A DNA stretch of 64,000 bases from positions 1-64,000 of the forward strand of contig JBGAIN010000019.1 in assembly GCA_044225505.1 (NCBI GenBank). Reading direction: 5' to 3'. Below, in pieces: positions 42,861-53,835 of the stretch. Within the stretch, counting starts at the first letter, position 1; each line of letters starts with the position of its first letter. The notes beneath the pieces were generated by a model. The model was not told the origin of the DNA and searched no databases. It worked only from the letters and a program-made list of their open reading frames with translations. This stretch comes from Limisphaerales bacterium. GTDB lineage: Bacteria; Verrucomicrobiota; Verrucomicrobiia; Limisphaerales; SIBE01. The position numbers and the translations under genes were made by a program.

Positions 42861-43613
42861 ATGCACCTCTCACCTCGTGAAATCGACAAGCTCCTCCTCC
42901 ACAATGCCGGGTTCCTGGCGCAGAAACGACTCGCCCGAGGTCTGCGCCTCAACTATCCCGAGTCCGTGGCGCTAATTGCCACGCAACTCCTGGAACTGGT
43001 CCGCGACGGTCACTCGGTCTCGGAGTTAATGAGCCTGGGACGTAAGTTTCTCGGACGCCGACAGGTCCTCGCCGGAGTTCCAGAGATGATTTTGGAGGTG
43101 CAAGTGGAAGGAACGTTTCCGGATGGGACCAAGCTCGTGACGGTGCATCATCCCGTTGCTAGCACAGACGGGGATTTAGCCCTCGCGCTCTATGGCAGCT
43201 TTCTGCCCGTGCCGGATTTGATCAAGTTTGGGGCGACCGACTCGCCGCTCATCCCGGGCGAGTGCGTGGTCTCAGAAGGCGAGATCGAACTCAACGTGGG
43301 CCGATCGCACACGCAGATTCAGGTGACCAACTTGGGCGATCGCCCAATTCAAGTTGGCAGCCACTACCACTTTATTGAGACCAACGCGGCTCTTCAGTTC
43401 GACCGTGCAACGGCCTATGGCAAACGTCTGGACATCCCTGCAGGGACAGCGGTTCGCTTCGAGCCGGGAGAAACCAAAACGGTGCGCCTTGTCGAGATCG
43501 CCGGCCACAAGGTCATTCGCGGCGGCAATGCCCTCGCCACTGGCCCTGTCTCAGAATCTGGACGCGCCGATGCTCTGCGCCATGTGCAAGCGCGCGGATT
43601 CGCCAATACCTGA
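42861..43613 (+). CDS. ureAB: Urease gamma/beta fused subunit
   Basis: [11 protein letters not shown]...[15 protein letters not shown] (gamma) continuing in frame to [13 protein letters not shown]...GTAVRFEPG (beta). Confidence 0.95.
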   Translation: MHLSPREIDKLLLHNAGFLAQKRLARGLRLNYPESVALIATQLLELVRDGHSVSELMSLGRKFLGRRQVLAGVPEMILEVQVEGTFPDGTKLVTVHHPVASTDGDLALALYGSFLPVPDLIKFGATDSPLIPGECVVSEGEIELNVGRSHTQIQVTNLGDRPIQVGSHYHFIETNAALQFDRATAYGKRLDIPAGTAVRFEPGETKTVRLVEIAGHKVIRGGNALATGPVSESGRADALRHVQARGFANT

Positions 43614-43621
43614 TCGCTCTT

Positions 43622-45337
43622 ATGTCGCACTCCATGAAACGCCAGCACTACGCCGAGATGTTTGGCCCCACCACGGGCGACCAGGTGCGCCTGGGAGATA
43701 CCTCTCTCGTGCTCGAAGTTGAACATGACCACACCGTCTACGGAGACGAGTGCAAGTTCGGAGGGGGCAAGGTAATTCGCGATGGCATGGGACAGGCCGC
43801 TGGGGTTAGCGACCGGGACGCGCTCGACTGCGTCATCACCAATGCCCTGGTCGTAGATTGGAGCGGAATCTTCAAGGCCGACATTGGCATTAAGCACGGA
43901 TCGATCGTCGGCATTGGCAAGGCGGGCAATCCCGATGTGATGGCGGGCGTGTCGCCGAACTTGATTATAGGCGTGACGACTGAGGTGATCGCTGGTGAAG
44001 GGCTATTGTTAACCGCGGGCGGATTGGACACGCACATTCATTTTATCTGTCCGCAACAGGCGCATGAAGCGATCGCGGCCGGATTGACGACCATGATCGG
44101 GGGCGGCACAGGCCCAGCGGTTGGGACATGCGCCACGACCTGCACTCCCGGGTCCTTCTACCTGCGCAGTATGCTGCAAGCGCTGGACTCGCTGCCGCTC
44201 AACTTCGGCTTAACAGGCAAAGGGAATAGTGCATCGCCAGCAGGCTTGGTCGAGCAGATCGAGGCCGGAGCCATCGGTCTCAAATTGCACGAAGACTGGG
44301 GCACAACACCGGCCGCGATCGATTGCTGTCTCTCCGTGGCCGACGCCCATGACATCCAAGTAACCATCCATACCGACACTCTCAACGAGTCCGCCTTCGT
44401 TGAAGGCACGGTGTCCGCGTTCAAAGGCCGGACCATCCATACCTATCACTCCGAAGGCGCGGGAGGTGGGCATGCCCCTGACATTTTGCGGATCTGTAGT
44501 GAGCCGAACGTGTTGCCGAGTTCGACCAACCCCACCCGACCGTTCACGGTAAATACGTTGGACGAACATCTCGATATGTTGATGGTCTGCCATCATCTCG
44601 ATCCTAACCTCCCTGAAGATGTCGCGTTTGCCGAAAGCCGCATCCGCGGCGAAACCATCGCCGCCGAAGATATCCTACATGATCTGGGGGTTATCAGCAT
44701 GATGAGCAGCGATAGCCAAGCGATGGGGCGGATTGGCGAAGTCATCACCCGGACCTGGCAAACCGCAGACAAGATGAAGCAACAGCGTGGTCGGCTTCCT
44801 GAAGAAAAAGGGGCCAACGACAATCTCCGGATCAAGCGCTACATCTCGAAATACACGGTCAACCCGGCGTTGGCCCACGGGATTGAGCACCGGGTGGGAT
44901 CGGTGGCCGTGGGCCGCCTGGCCGACCTCGTCCTCTGGAAGCCCGCCATGTTTGGTGTCAAACCAGAAATGGTGATCAAAGGAGGACTTATTGCTTGGTC
45001 CCAAATGGGTGACCCCAACGCCAGCATCCCAACACCGCAGCCGGTTTACATGCGGCCGATGTTCGGCAGCTTCGGCCGCGCAACCGGCGCAAGCAGCATC
45101 GCGTTCGTTAGTCAAAGCTGTCAGGCGAGCGGCCTGGCAAAGTCCTACGGCCTCACCAAAACGATCCAAGCGGTCCGAGGCTGTCGTTCCGTAACCAAGA
45201 AATCACTCAAATGGAATGATGCGACCCCCAAGATCACTGTCGACCCCGAAACTTACGAAGTTCGTGCCGATGGTGAACTCTTGACGTGCGAACCGGCCGC
45301 TGCCCTCGCGCTGGCACAGCGCTACTTCCTCTTTTAG
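43622..45337 (+). CDS. ureC: Urease alpha (catalytic) subunit
   Basis: [51 protein letters not shown]. Confidence 0.98.
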   Translation: MSHSMKRQHYAEMFGPTTGDQVRLGDTSLVLEVEHDHTVYGDECKFGGGKVIRDGMGQAAGVSDRDALDCVITNALVVDWSGIFKADIGIKHGSIVGIGKAGNPDVMAGVSPNLIIGVTTEVIAGEGLLLTAGGLDTHIHFICPQQAHEAIAAGLTTMIGGGTGPAVGTCATTCTPGSFYLRSMLQALDSLPLNFGLTGKGNSASPAGLVEQIEAGAIGLKLHEDWGTTPAAIDCCLSVADAHDIQVTIHTDTLNESAFVEGTVSAFKGRTIHTYHSEGAGGGHAPDILRICSEPNVLPSSTNPTRPFTVNTLDEHLDMLMVCHHLDPNLPEDVAFAESRIRGETIAAEDILHDLGVISMMSSDSQAMGRIGEVITRTWQTADKMKQQRGRLPEEKGANDNLRIKRYISKYTVNPALAHGIEHRVGSVAVGRLADLVLWKPAMFGVKPEMVIKGGLIAWSQMGDPNASIPTPQPVYMRPMFGSFGRATGASSIAFVSQSCQASGLAKSYGLTKTIQAVRGCRSVTKKSLKWNDATPKITVDPETYEVRADGELLTCEPAAALALAQRYFLF

Positions 45338-45340
45338 GCC

Positions 45341-46072
45341 ATGACCTGGCTGATCTGGCAGCTCGCGGATTCTGCCTTTCCCAACGGCAGCTTCGCTCAC
45401 TCGGGCGGATTGGAAGCCGCCTGCCAGCAGGGAGAAGTGCGTCACGGGGCTGATCTGGCTTCATTCAGCAACGCGAGCCTCCAACAGATCGGCTCATCCT
45501 CCCTGCCCTATCTGAACGCAGCATACCAAGAGCCCGATCTTTTGCCGGACCTTGATGGTCACTACGACGCGTTCACATCGAATCATGTGGCGAATCGCGC
45601 CAGTCGACTCCAAGGCTGCGCGTTTCTAGCGGCGGTGACACGGATCTTTCCTCAAACGATCCCACTTTCGGCACGGGCTCCAAGCCATGGGGTCAACCGG
45701 ACGCCGGTTGCCGATTTCGATCCGAGAACTCAAGGAATCCCCAATCAGAGCCGCTGGTTTGCTCGCCCCCCGTTCGGACACTTTGCACCCATCTTTGGAG
45801 CAGCACTTCAACGGCTTGGCGTCAGTCAGGAAATGGCAAATCGGCTCTTTCTGTTTGGTCATTTGCGCTCCCTGATTGCGGCCGCGGTTCGATTGAACAT
45901 CGTGGGCCCCATGGAGGCACAACGAATACAGCACGAACTTACGAGCTCTGCGGAAGAGACTCTGCATCGTTGCGCTTCCCTTCGTGTCGAAGACGCGGCT
46001 CAAACTGCGCCCGTCCTGGATCTTTGGCAAGGGGCTCACGACCGGCTGCACTCTCGCCTCTTTCAAAGCTGA
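45341..46072 (+). CDS. ureF: Urease accessory protein UreF
   Basis: [25 protein letters not shown]...SRLFQS. Confidence 0.92.
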   Translation: MTWLIWQLADSAFPNGSFAHSGGLEAACQQGEVRHGADLASFSNASLQQIGSSSLPYLNAAYQEPDLLPDLDGHYDAFTSNHVANRASRLQGCAFLAAVTRIFPQTIPLSARAPSHGVNRTPVADFDPRTQGIPNQSRWFARPPFGHFAPIFGAALQRLGVSQEMANRLFLFGHLRSLIAAAVRLNIVGPMEAQRIQHELTSSAEETLHRCASLRVEDAAQTAPVLDLWQGAHDRLHSRLFQS

Positions 46073-46088
46073 TCCCATGGGCGCTTCT

Positions 46089-46849
46089 ATGAACGATTCT
46101 TTAACACCGTCCCATTCCCACTCTGATTCGAACGGTGGGCACCGGCATACCCACGAACACTGGACGCACGCCGGACATTTCCACGAACGCGAGTCGCGTC
46201 TGACTCGGGACTTTGGGCAGCGAGCCTTTACCGTTGGCATTGGAGGCCCGGTCGGCTCTGGCAAAACGGCTTTGATGCTGCAGCTATGCCAGCACTTACG
46301 CGATCAACTGAGCATGGCTGCGGTGACCAACGACATATTCACCAAAGAGGACGGTGAGTTTCTCATGCGGCACCACGCCTTGGAGAACACTCGCATCCGC
46401 GCGGTCGAAACGGGCGGCTGCCCGCATGCCGCCATTCGCGACGATATCTCCCTCAACCTGCTGGCTTTGGAAGATCTGCACCAGATGTTCCGCACCGAGC
46501 TGCTGTTGATCGAATCTGGCGGCGACAATCTCGCGGCTTGCTTCAGCCGCGAATTAGCCGATTTCACCATCCAAGTGATCGATGTCGCGGGCGGAGACAA
46601 AATCCCCCGCAAAGGAGGGCCTGGCCTCACACAGTCCGATCTGCTCGTAATCAACAAGACGGACTTGGCTCCAGCCGTCGGTGCGGATTTGAAGGTCATG
46701 GAGCGCGACACGTTGCGGATGCGCGGCGAGGGACCTTTGTTTTGCTCAGGTCAAGCACGGGGGTGGGCATCGAAGCCATTGTGAGCCACATTTTGCATGC
46801 CCGAGAACACGCGCTCGGCATTGCACATCAACACGAACCGCACCCTTGA
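46089..46849 (+). CDS. ureG: Urease accessory GTPase UreG, frameshifted near the 3' end as sequenced
   Basis: [29 protein letters not shown]; main frame stops at 46784, and the conserved tail ([15 protein letters not shown]) continues in other frames to 46849. Confidence 0.9.
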
Positions 46850-47056
46850 AGACCGGATCGGTCTGGCTCGCGACTGGAGTTCAAGCCGGATCGGTGCCCG
46901 CGCCTCAGGGACGCTAAACGCCGCTCTGTTACCCCGATACGGAGTGGATCCGGCTCCCTCGCAGACAAAAACCTAGCGATTAGCCATGGCACGCCGACCG
47001 TCAAACGGGTTTGATCCGCTCCAAACGCACAGCAAGGCCGGTGCAAGGCCGCTCGC

Positions 47057-47120
47057 GACCGGGGTTACAGCGGGATTGAACTGGGATTAGACCGGGGTTA
47101 GTCCGAATGGAACCCCGTTC
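47057..47120. repeat. Four tandem 11-bp units plus a degenerate inverted copy
   Basis: gaccggggtta/cagcgggattg/aactgggatta/gaccggggtta (47057-47100); gaaccccgttc at 47110-47120 is an inverted 9/11 match. Confidence 0.6.
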
Positions 47121-47485
47121 GTCCCAGGTTCCTCGCGCGTCCCGCCATTCCCCAAGTCGCGAGCTCGTCCGATGGTGACATTTTGTCACCAGCCCGCTGT
47201 GAACCGCTGAATCCCCCACTTTGAAACGTGGTGTGTCAGGTGGGCCTCTTGGCAGGCGCTAATCAAGCGCGAGAAGTTCTTCTGCTGTCCTGGAACAATC
47301 TCACCTCGGTGTAAAGCAGAGTGCGCTTAAACCGAACTGATTCAGAAAGGAAAGACTATCGCGCCGCATCGACAGGGCTGGTATTGGCGTCGGATAACCT
47401 CGATCATTGGGGGGTGGATCGCTCGGCCGCGCGGCGACATGTGGCGGCGACAGTCAGGCCATCGCCGCGCACTCATCGTTTGGTT

Positions 47486-48193
47486 TCAGTGAAGTTCTTT
47501 CACCTTCAAATTTCGGAACTCGATCCGGTATCCTTCGCCTTCAAGTCCAACTCGCCCTTTGGCTTGACCGCAATCGTCAAACTGGCACGTGACCGCGCCA
47601 TTGATCCAGAGTGTCACCGTTTTGCCTCGTGCGATGATCTCCATCGTATTCCACTCACCCGCCGGTTTGACGCGAGGATCGGTGACCTTACTCTTCGTGT
47701 TGAAGAAGCGTTTCTTGCCGCCTTCCACAGGCGTCTCTCCAAAGAGAAAGCCGTCCTTGCCATCCCCGAACTGCGCTTGATGCCAAATGGCACCGTCCGG
47801 CGAATTTCGCACGTAGGCCCCGCTATTGTAACCGGTTTTCCCTTCGATCTTGGTATAGCAAAACTCCACATGAAAGACCGCGTCCCCTACGTCGCGATCC
47901 CAAAGCAACATGTCATGGCCGCCGTCGCCGTCACAGATGAGCAGTTTTTTCGACGCATCCATGTGCCATTGTTGGCGCCCTAACTTGCCGGTGGGCGGCA
48001 CCGGGACTCGGTTCCAACTACCCAGGTCGGCATTGGGCATGATATCAGTCCAACCCGCAGGGTCGGTCTGGAGAAGGCTCTTTCCTTCGGGAGTCTCCGC
48101 CGAGTCGACACGGCCTACCAGGGCGCAACCGAGCAGCAAGGCAACGATAACATTCTTAACTTGAGAGGGGGTGACAGAGGTTTTGATACGCAT
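47486..48193 (-). CDS. DUF1080 exported protein
   Basis: Signal peptide; YNSGAYVR, KPAGEWN, GRVGLEGEG, IEFRNLKVKEL. Confidence 0.85.
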   Translation of the reverse strand: MRIKTSVTPSQVKNVIVALLLGCALVGRVDSAETPEGKSLLQTDPAGWTDIMPNADLGSWNRVPVPPTGKLGRQQWHMDASKKLLICDGDGGHDMLLWDRDVGDAVFHVEFCYTKIEGKTGYNSGAYVRNSPDGAIWHQAQFGDGKDGFLFGETPVEGGKKRFFNTKSKVTDPRVKPAGEWNTMEIIARGKTVTLWINGAVTCQFDDCGQAKGRVGLEGEGYRIEFRNLKVKELH

Positions 48194-48388
48194 AGATTTC
48201 ACCGGCCGATAATGCCTCTAATCCTATAGGTGCTTCACGGCGGGTCTCGCGTTCGATCTTGCGCCTGATCCTCGAAATTTCAAACACCTTTGGCAAAAAT
48301 CCATCCGAGGGAAATTCACGAAACGCACCCCAGATCCTTGAGCCGCGCGCGCCAGTGCGGTCGCCGGGCGGAGCAATGGGCGGATTGC

Positions 48389-49330
48389 CTATACGTCACA
48401 CACCTGCGCCGCGTGGCGCAATGCCAGAACCTTGTCCGGCCAGGTCGGGATAAACTCCTGGGCGACGTATCCTTCGTAGCCGGTTTCCAGAATCGCGCGG
48501 AGCACTGCCGGATAATTGATTTCCTGAGTCCCATCCAACTCACCTCGTCCGGGAACGCCGGCGGTGTGATAGTGTGCAATGTACTCCTTATATTGCCGCA
48601 AACGACGGATGACATCGCCGTTCATGATCTGGACATGATAAATATCGAACAGCAATTTCATGTTGGGCGATCCCACCTGCTTGATAAGGTCGACGCAAAA
48701 ATCAACATTGTCTCCGAAGTACCCTGGGTGCCCCTTCATCGGGTGAGTGCTATCCCTGCTATTCAAGTGTTCGAGACAAAGATTGATTTTCTTCTCCTCG
48801 GCATACCCAATCACCCGCTTCCAGCTTTCGACACAGTTCCGCGCTCCCGCCTCGTCGCTGATTCCGGGCTCGCGCATGCCGGTGAAGGTAATGACGTTCT
48901 TGCAAGCAACTTGCACCGCCAGATCAATTCCCTCTCGAAGCTTCTTCTCTACGAGGGTGTGATTGGCAGGGTTGAACGGGCCTTGCCCGAATCCATGACT
49001 CCCGACCAACGAGACAGCCAATCCTAATTCGCGAATCATCGAGTAATGCTTTTCGTCGATGCCTTCCATCGCGACCAAGCCGATTGCTTTGCAGTGTTTT
49101 GCCAGTTCGGGCGTCGGCATCGGATTGAAGGTCCAGCCCATGATGGATTGCCGAATACGACCGTGGCGAATCCTGAAATTTGGATCGACGGCGGCGGCGA
49201 CGCCTGCAATTCCGTCCCCCCTGGAGGGCGAAGCGTCGGCGGCGTTCAACTGCGGTGCGCCTCCTCTAGCCACAGCCGCGATCCCCATTCCAGCCAGGCC
49301 CTGTGCAATCCATCCACGGCGGGTCAGCAT
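48389..49330 (-). CDS. Tat-exported hydroxypyruvate isomerase-like (xylose-isomerase TIM barrel) protein
   Basis: MLTRRGW signal; CLEHLNS, LLFDIYHVQIM, HYHTAGVPGR, QEINY, QEF. Confidence 0.85.
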   Translation of the reverse strand: MLTRRGWIAQGLAGMGIAAVARGGAPQLNAADASPSRGDGIAGVAAAVDPNFRIRHGRIRQSIMGWTFNPMPTPELAKHCKAIGLVAMEGIDEKHYSMIRELGLAVSLVGSHGFGQGPFNPANHTLVEKKLREGIDLAVQVACKNVITFTGMREPGISDEAGARNCVESWKRVIGYAEEKKINLCLEHLNSRDSTHPMKGHPGYFGDNVDFCVDLIKQVGSPNMKLLFDIYHVQIMNGDVIRRLRQYKEYIAHYHTAGVPGRGELDGTQEINYPAVLRAILETGYEGYVAQEFIPTWPDKVLALRHAAQVCDV

Positions 49331-49469
49331 TTTGGAAGAACGATATGGCGCGATGGTAAGGAATGAGCGTCCAGTGGTGTTCACACCCGGACTATGTCAG
49401 GAACAACTGGGGGGAGCAATCCCTCGCACAATGCCGACTGCCAGTGCATCGAACCGGGGGCACACGGCT

Positions 49470-50417
49470 CTACTCCGGCTCGTCCACGATCGGGGGCGGT
49501 TCCCTTCGGGCCAGAGAATCGGCAACGTAGACGACGATTCCCACCCAGCAAAGAGCAAAGCTTACGAGCTTTACCCGATCCATGGGCTCGTGGAATAAGC
49601 AGGTCGCAACGGTGAACTGCAGAGTCGGGCCGACATACTGAAGAAAACCCATCGTCGACAAGCGGAGGCGCCGCAGTGCGCCGCCAAAGAATAACAACGG
49701 CACGGCCGTGATGACCCCCGAAAGCGAGAGCAGCCCCCAGGTTCCTAGAGAGGGATGCGCAGCCGGGACCACTCCCAAACCCACCACGGCGAGCGGCACG
49801 AGAACGGTCGATTCCACCAACAGGGCGTGGACTGAGTTAATATCGACCTTCTTTCGCACCAGCCCGTAAAGTCCAAACGAGCACGCCAAGCCAATGGCAA
49901 TCCAGGGAAAACTGGGAGATCGAAAAGCCAGGTTGGCCACGGCGCCGCCAGCAATGGCCACCGCAACCCATTGGCCTGGCCGAAGGCGTTCGCGCAGAAA
50001 GATCATACCCAACGCCACCGAGAGAAGCGGATTGATAAAGTATCCAAGACTAGCTTGCAGCAGTTGATGCGTCGCCACCGCGTAGATGAAGATCAACCAA
50101 TTCGCCGCCATTAGAATCGCGCCCGTACTCAACAGTCGGACATTCCGAGGACTACGAATCGCTTCGAGAATTGGTTTCCAGTCACGCCGAACCGAGACGA
50201 CGATTCCCATAAATAGCGCAGACCAAATAATGCGGTGGCAAAGCACTACCATCGACGGAACATGCGAGACGGACCGAAAATAGACTGGGATGAATCCCCA
50301 GATGGTGTACGCGCTCAAGCCGAAAAACAGTCCCACCCGAGGATCTCGACCCGCAGGCGCTGCGCGACCGACCTCCGGCGAGGCGGTAACTTTCTCCTGA
50401 CTTTTCGTCACGGCCAA
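49470..50417 (-). CDS. rarD: EamA-family transporter RarD
   Basis: YTIWG, HRIIWS, NWLIFIYAV, ASLGYFINPL, YGLVRK, GFLQYVGPTLQF. Confidence 0.9.
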   Translation of the reverse strand: MAVTKSQEKVTASPEVGRAAPAGRDPRVGLFFGLSAYTIWGFIPVYFRSVSHVPSMVVLCHRIIWSALFMGIVVSVRRDWKPILEAIRSPRNVRLLSTGAILMAANWLIFIYAVATHQLLQASLGYFINPLLSVALGMIFLRERLRPGQWVAVAIAGGAVANLAFRSPSFPWIAIGLACSFGLYGLVRKKVDINSVHALLVESTVLVPLAVVGLGVVPAAHPSLGTWGLLSLSGVITAVPLLFFGGALRRLRLSTMGFLQYVGPTLQFTVATCLFHEPMDRVKLVSFALCWVGIVVYVADSLARREPPPIVDEPE

Positions 50418-50654
50418 AAGCTAGTCTGCTCGCCGGAAATAGCCACACCTTTGCTGGAGGCGCATAAGGCGGGGAACAAGATCTCTTAAGATACGCGCGC
50501 AGATAGCCGAGCAGCGGCGGGGATGGCAGCAAATCGACTGCGGCGGAACGGCATGAAGATCACACGCCTCCAGTGAATCTCCTCGGCCGCAGAAACGACT
50601 CAAAGCGACTCCCTCGAACGGATTGCGGCCAAGTGTGCTACGAACGATTGAGCA

Positions 50655-52039
50655 TCAAAACCTAACACCTGTCGTGACCCCAATCCAGTGGATCGAAAGG
50701 CTGGTGCGACTGCCGGAATACTCTCCAGATCGCAACGCACTTGTGCCCGTCTCTTGGCGGCTCGGAATTTGGTATTGGTAAGCCCCCGCAATCGAGTAGC
50801 GTCCCATGCGCCATTCCGCGCCCGCCGAAAGCGTATGCTCCAAAATAGCGGCACTCATCGGAGTCAAGGTTGACGATGAAACGGGACGCTCTCCATAGGC
50901 ATATCCCATTCGAACCAACACCGATTGCACAATTTCTACTTCAATCCCCGTTCGATAAACGAATTGATCGCTCCAATGCAACGGCACAGAGTCCTTGATC
51001 TGATCTGTCCCGAGAAAGGTGTTCAAGTCCGGATTATTGCCTGAGGTAAGCCGAATATCGAGATGATCGAACGAGTCACTCCAGGCCATCCAGTCGACTT
51101 GAGCGATCCATCGGGCGCGGGGACAGACCTGCCAGGAGAGCCCGGCCGAGAGAGTCTGAGGCAATCCCGTCTCCACGCGAGCATCGTAGCGGAAGTCCGG
51201 ACGCACCGCTGTAAATGCCCCACCCAGGTCGCGGAGTTGGGCAGAAGCATTGCCAGCTGCGTGACCGTCGGCGGATAAGCTCGTCGGTGTGACGTAGGCC
51301 AGAGCAAGACTGACCGTTTTATGAGGGCGAAAGATGAGCCCCACATTACCGTTCACTCCCCAGCCATCTGCCTCCAGATCGAGCAAGGTCTTGAATCCAC
51401 TCAAGATTGGATGCGCTTGAAACGTATAAGGCGCGTGCAAGGAATTCCTGTTGTAAACAACTCCGAGGGAAGCGCCCAAGCTCAGTTTCTCGTTGAGAGC
51501 CAAGCTAACACCAGCCGCACCGCGAATCGCCAGAAACTCAGCAGCGTGGCGCTGGCGTCCGTAGCTCGTCGTCCCGGTCAATCCCCCAGGCGGATCATCA
51601 AACCTCCAGTCCAAACCCGCCGCGGCCTGGGGCACGATTCCAACACCAAAAGCCACCGGCGCTGACCGAAGGGCGTAGGTAAATGCAAATTCCGGGGCTG
51701 CGCCCATGCTGGACTGGAGCGGGACACCGCGGGTTCCAGCCGTGCGAGCCTGGCCATCGGCAAATGCGCCGAACCAACTGGAAGCTTACTGGGGAATCCG
51801 CAAGCCCCAATCCGGCAGGATTGGCGCCGATGGCTTCCAGAGGTTCGTCGGGCTGCGCAATACTCGCGCCGCCAAGAGACATCGCCCTCGCCCCGACCCC
51901 GTCGCGAAAGACGCCGCGGCCCGAGGGGAGCGCTAACCACTCCAACACTTGCTGCGGCGAGAATCGAAAGGCGCCTGGGCAAGAGAGAGAAGCCCGTTCG
52001 TGTGAATTGTGAGCCCGGTTGGGAACTGGATCGGCGCAC
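50655..52039 (-). pseudogene. FadL/OmpP1/TodX-like outer-membrane transporter interrupted by two frameshifts (real or sequencing error)
   Basis: Signal peptide in one frame (52039-~51920), GVGARAMSLGGA...NPAGL in a second (~51915-51775), barrel ending GVTTGVRF in the frame of ORF 50655-51707. Confidence 0.75.
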
Positions 52040-52048
52040 AAGCTGGTC

Positions 52049-53521
52049 TTACGGTAAAACAGGCACTGGAGTCGAAACGACTGTGGGTGCTCCCGGAGCA
52101 TGCACTGAGTGGGCAGGCGTTGGTCCACTCCACGCGGGCAACGCCAAGGTGAAGGTTGCTCCTGATCCCAGGGTACTTTGACATCGAACGGTCCCGCGCA
52201 TTGCCTCGGCCAGGCGTTTAACAATGGACAGACCCAGTCCGGTTGACGACTCGCCGGCCGTAGGACGGGCACTCAGCCGAGTGAATTTCTGGAACAACTT
52301 CTTTTGATCGTCAGCGCTGATTCCAGGACCGCAATCCCGGACCGCCACGCAAGCCTGGCCATCCGTTCCGAATACCTCGATGTGAACAGGCGAGCCGGGC
52401 GGCGAGTATTTGAGCGCGTTGGAAAGCAAGTTATCTAGAATCTGGCAGGTTGCTGTCCGGTCTGCATTCATCCAAACATGAACTCCGTCCTGCAGTTCAA
52501 GAGCGATTCCTTTGCGCGAAGCGGCAGCCTGGTTATTGGCCATCACTTCCTGGATGAGCTCGCGCGCGTCGCAACATTCGATGTTTTTGGTAAACTTCCC
52601 CTGCTCTATGGCATTCGCATCCAGCAAGTCTTTGATCAATCCTACCATTCGAGTGCCAGCGCTGATAATGTTGCGGGCGATGTTCGGGACGCGCGGAGAG
52701 GTTGGACTCATGACCAGGAGCTCTGCATTGCCAATCACCGCTGTGAGCGGGTTTTTGAGGTCATGGGCTGCAATGCCCAGAAACTCGTTCTTTTCCTGGT
52801 TGAGGCGGACCAACTCGGCATTGGAGGCTTCCAACTGTCCTAAGGCTTCCTGCATTCGGCCAAATGCGCGCTCGCGGCCCGTTTCGAAAATCACTCCAAG
52901 GATAAACATGAACAAGACGAGCCCCAAATATCCGGCGGTGGAAACCAACGGCTCCCACACCTGATCGTAGGTCGGGTGCATTCGAAACCCCAGGAGATTG
53001 GCTGTCACGATCCCAGCGCCAGCCGCGAATGAGCCGAGCACACTCCAGCGTGCGCCCCGACTGCCGACGAGCAGGAGGGAACAGAGCGGAACCGTGGCAA
53101 GCCAAGCGATGGCGTGCCCTTGGACTCCGCCTTCCACAAGGCATAATGCCGAAAAACCCAGGATCAAAATGAAGGATAACGCGTTCCCGGGAAGCTGGAG
53201 AGTTCCCTGGCGCTGCATGACCCAGGGGATACCAAAGAACGTAGCGCTGCAAACAAGGATAATTGCCGTCCCCCAATAGTGACCTATGGCCAGGTAGAAA
53301 CCGGCGTAAACCAGTCCGAAGACCGATCCAAGAAAAGAGAACCTGGAGATCAGTCGAGCGCGCCGCGCGGATTCAGGGCATTGCTGGCAGGCTTCCGGGA
53401 TAAATCCGTCCGCGAATTCCGTCAAGCAGCGGAGCCCCCCTCCGAGGCGTTGCGTCCATAGACCCTGAGCCATCGCTGGCGAGCCGCACTGGCCCATGTC
53501 TTCACCAATAGGCATCTTCAT
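52049..53521 (-). CDS. Membrane-integral sensor histidine kinase
   Basis: About six TM helices; AAHDLKNPL H-box, NLLSNALKY, DCGPG, STGLGL. Confidence 0.93.
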   Translation of the reverse strand: MKMPIGEDMGQCGSPAMAQGLWTQRLGGGLRCLTEFADGFIPEACQQCPESARRARLISRFSFLGSVFGLVYAGFYLAIGHYWGTAIILVCSATFFGIPWVMQRQGTLQLPGNALSFILILGFSALCLVEGGVQGHAIAWLATVPLCSLLLVGSRGARWSVLGSFAAGAGIVTANLLGFRMHPTYDQVWEPLVSTAGYLGLVLFMFILGVIFETGRERAFGRMQEALGQLEASNAELVRLNQEKNEFLGIAAHDLKNPLTAVIGNAELLVMSPTSPRVPNIARNIISAGTRMVGLIKDLLDANAIEQGKFTKNIECCDARELIQEVMANNQAAASRKGIALELQDGVHVWMNADRTATCQILDNLLSNALKYSPPGSPVHIEVFGTDGQACVAVRDCGPGISADDQKKLFQKFTRLSARPTAGESSTGLGLSIVKRLAEAMRGTVRCQSTLGSGATFTLALPAWSGPTPAHSVHAPGAPTVVSTPVPVLP

Positions 53522-53835
53522 TCCAACGCTTGCGTTTCTCCATTCCGAAATGGGAGATAGAGATCATGTGGATGTGCCTTACGGGAAAGACAGAGCCACA
53601 TACAGCAAAGGACGCCACGGCTAGACGGACCGTGTGTCCAGGGAGCTATCGGCAGACTTGAAGGTCCACTTTAGCGCAAGTTACGCTCGGGATCCTAGAC
53701 CTGAATGGTCGAAATCTCAGTCCGAACCCATCGCGAATCAATCGGGCTAACGTTCCGCCCGGGGGTAATTCCTTATCATCTGGAGCTGCAGACAGGGTTG
53801 CCACAGAGCACGAAACGTCGCTAGGATAACCTCTT

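Noticed and set aside
43611..43624. Single-chain urease by stop-codon readthrough
   Set aside because: ureAB and ureC are in different frames with their own stop and start codons, 8 nt apart
46857..46895. G-U-rich hairpin after ureG as a terminator
   Set aside because: No U-tract and a large loop; too weak to call
47321..49027. Long plus-strand ORFs of 220 and 245 aa
   Set aside because: Antisense shadows of well-supported genes, expected in GC-rich DNA
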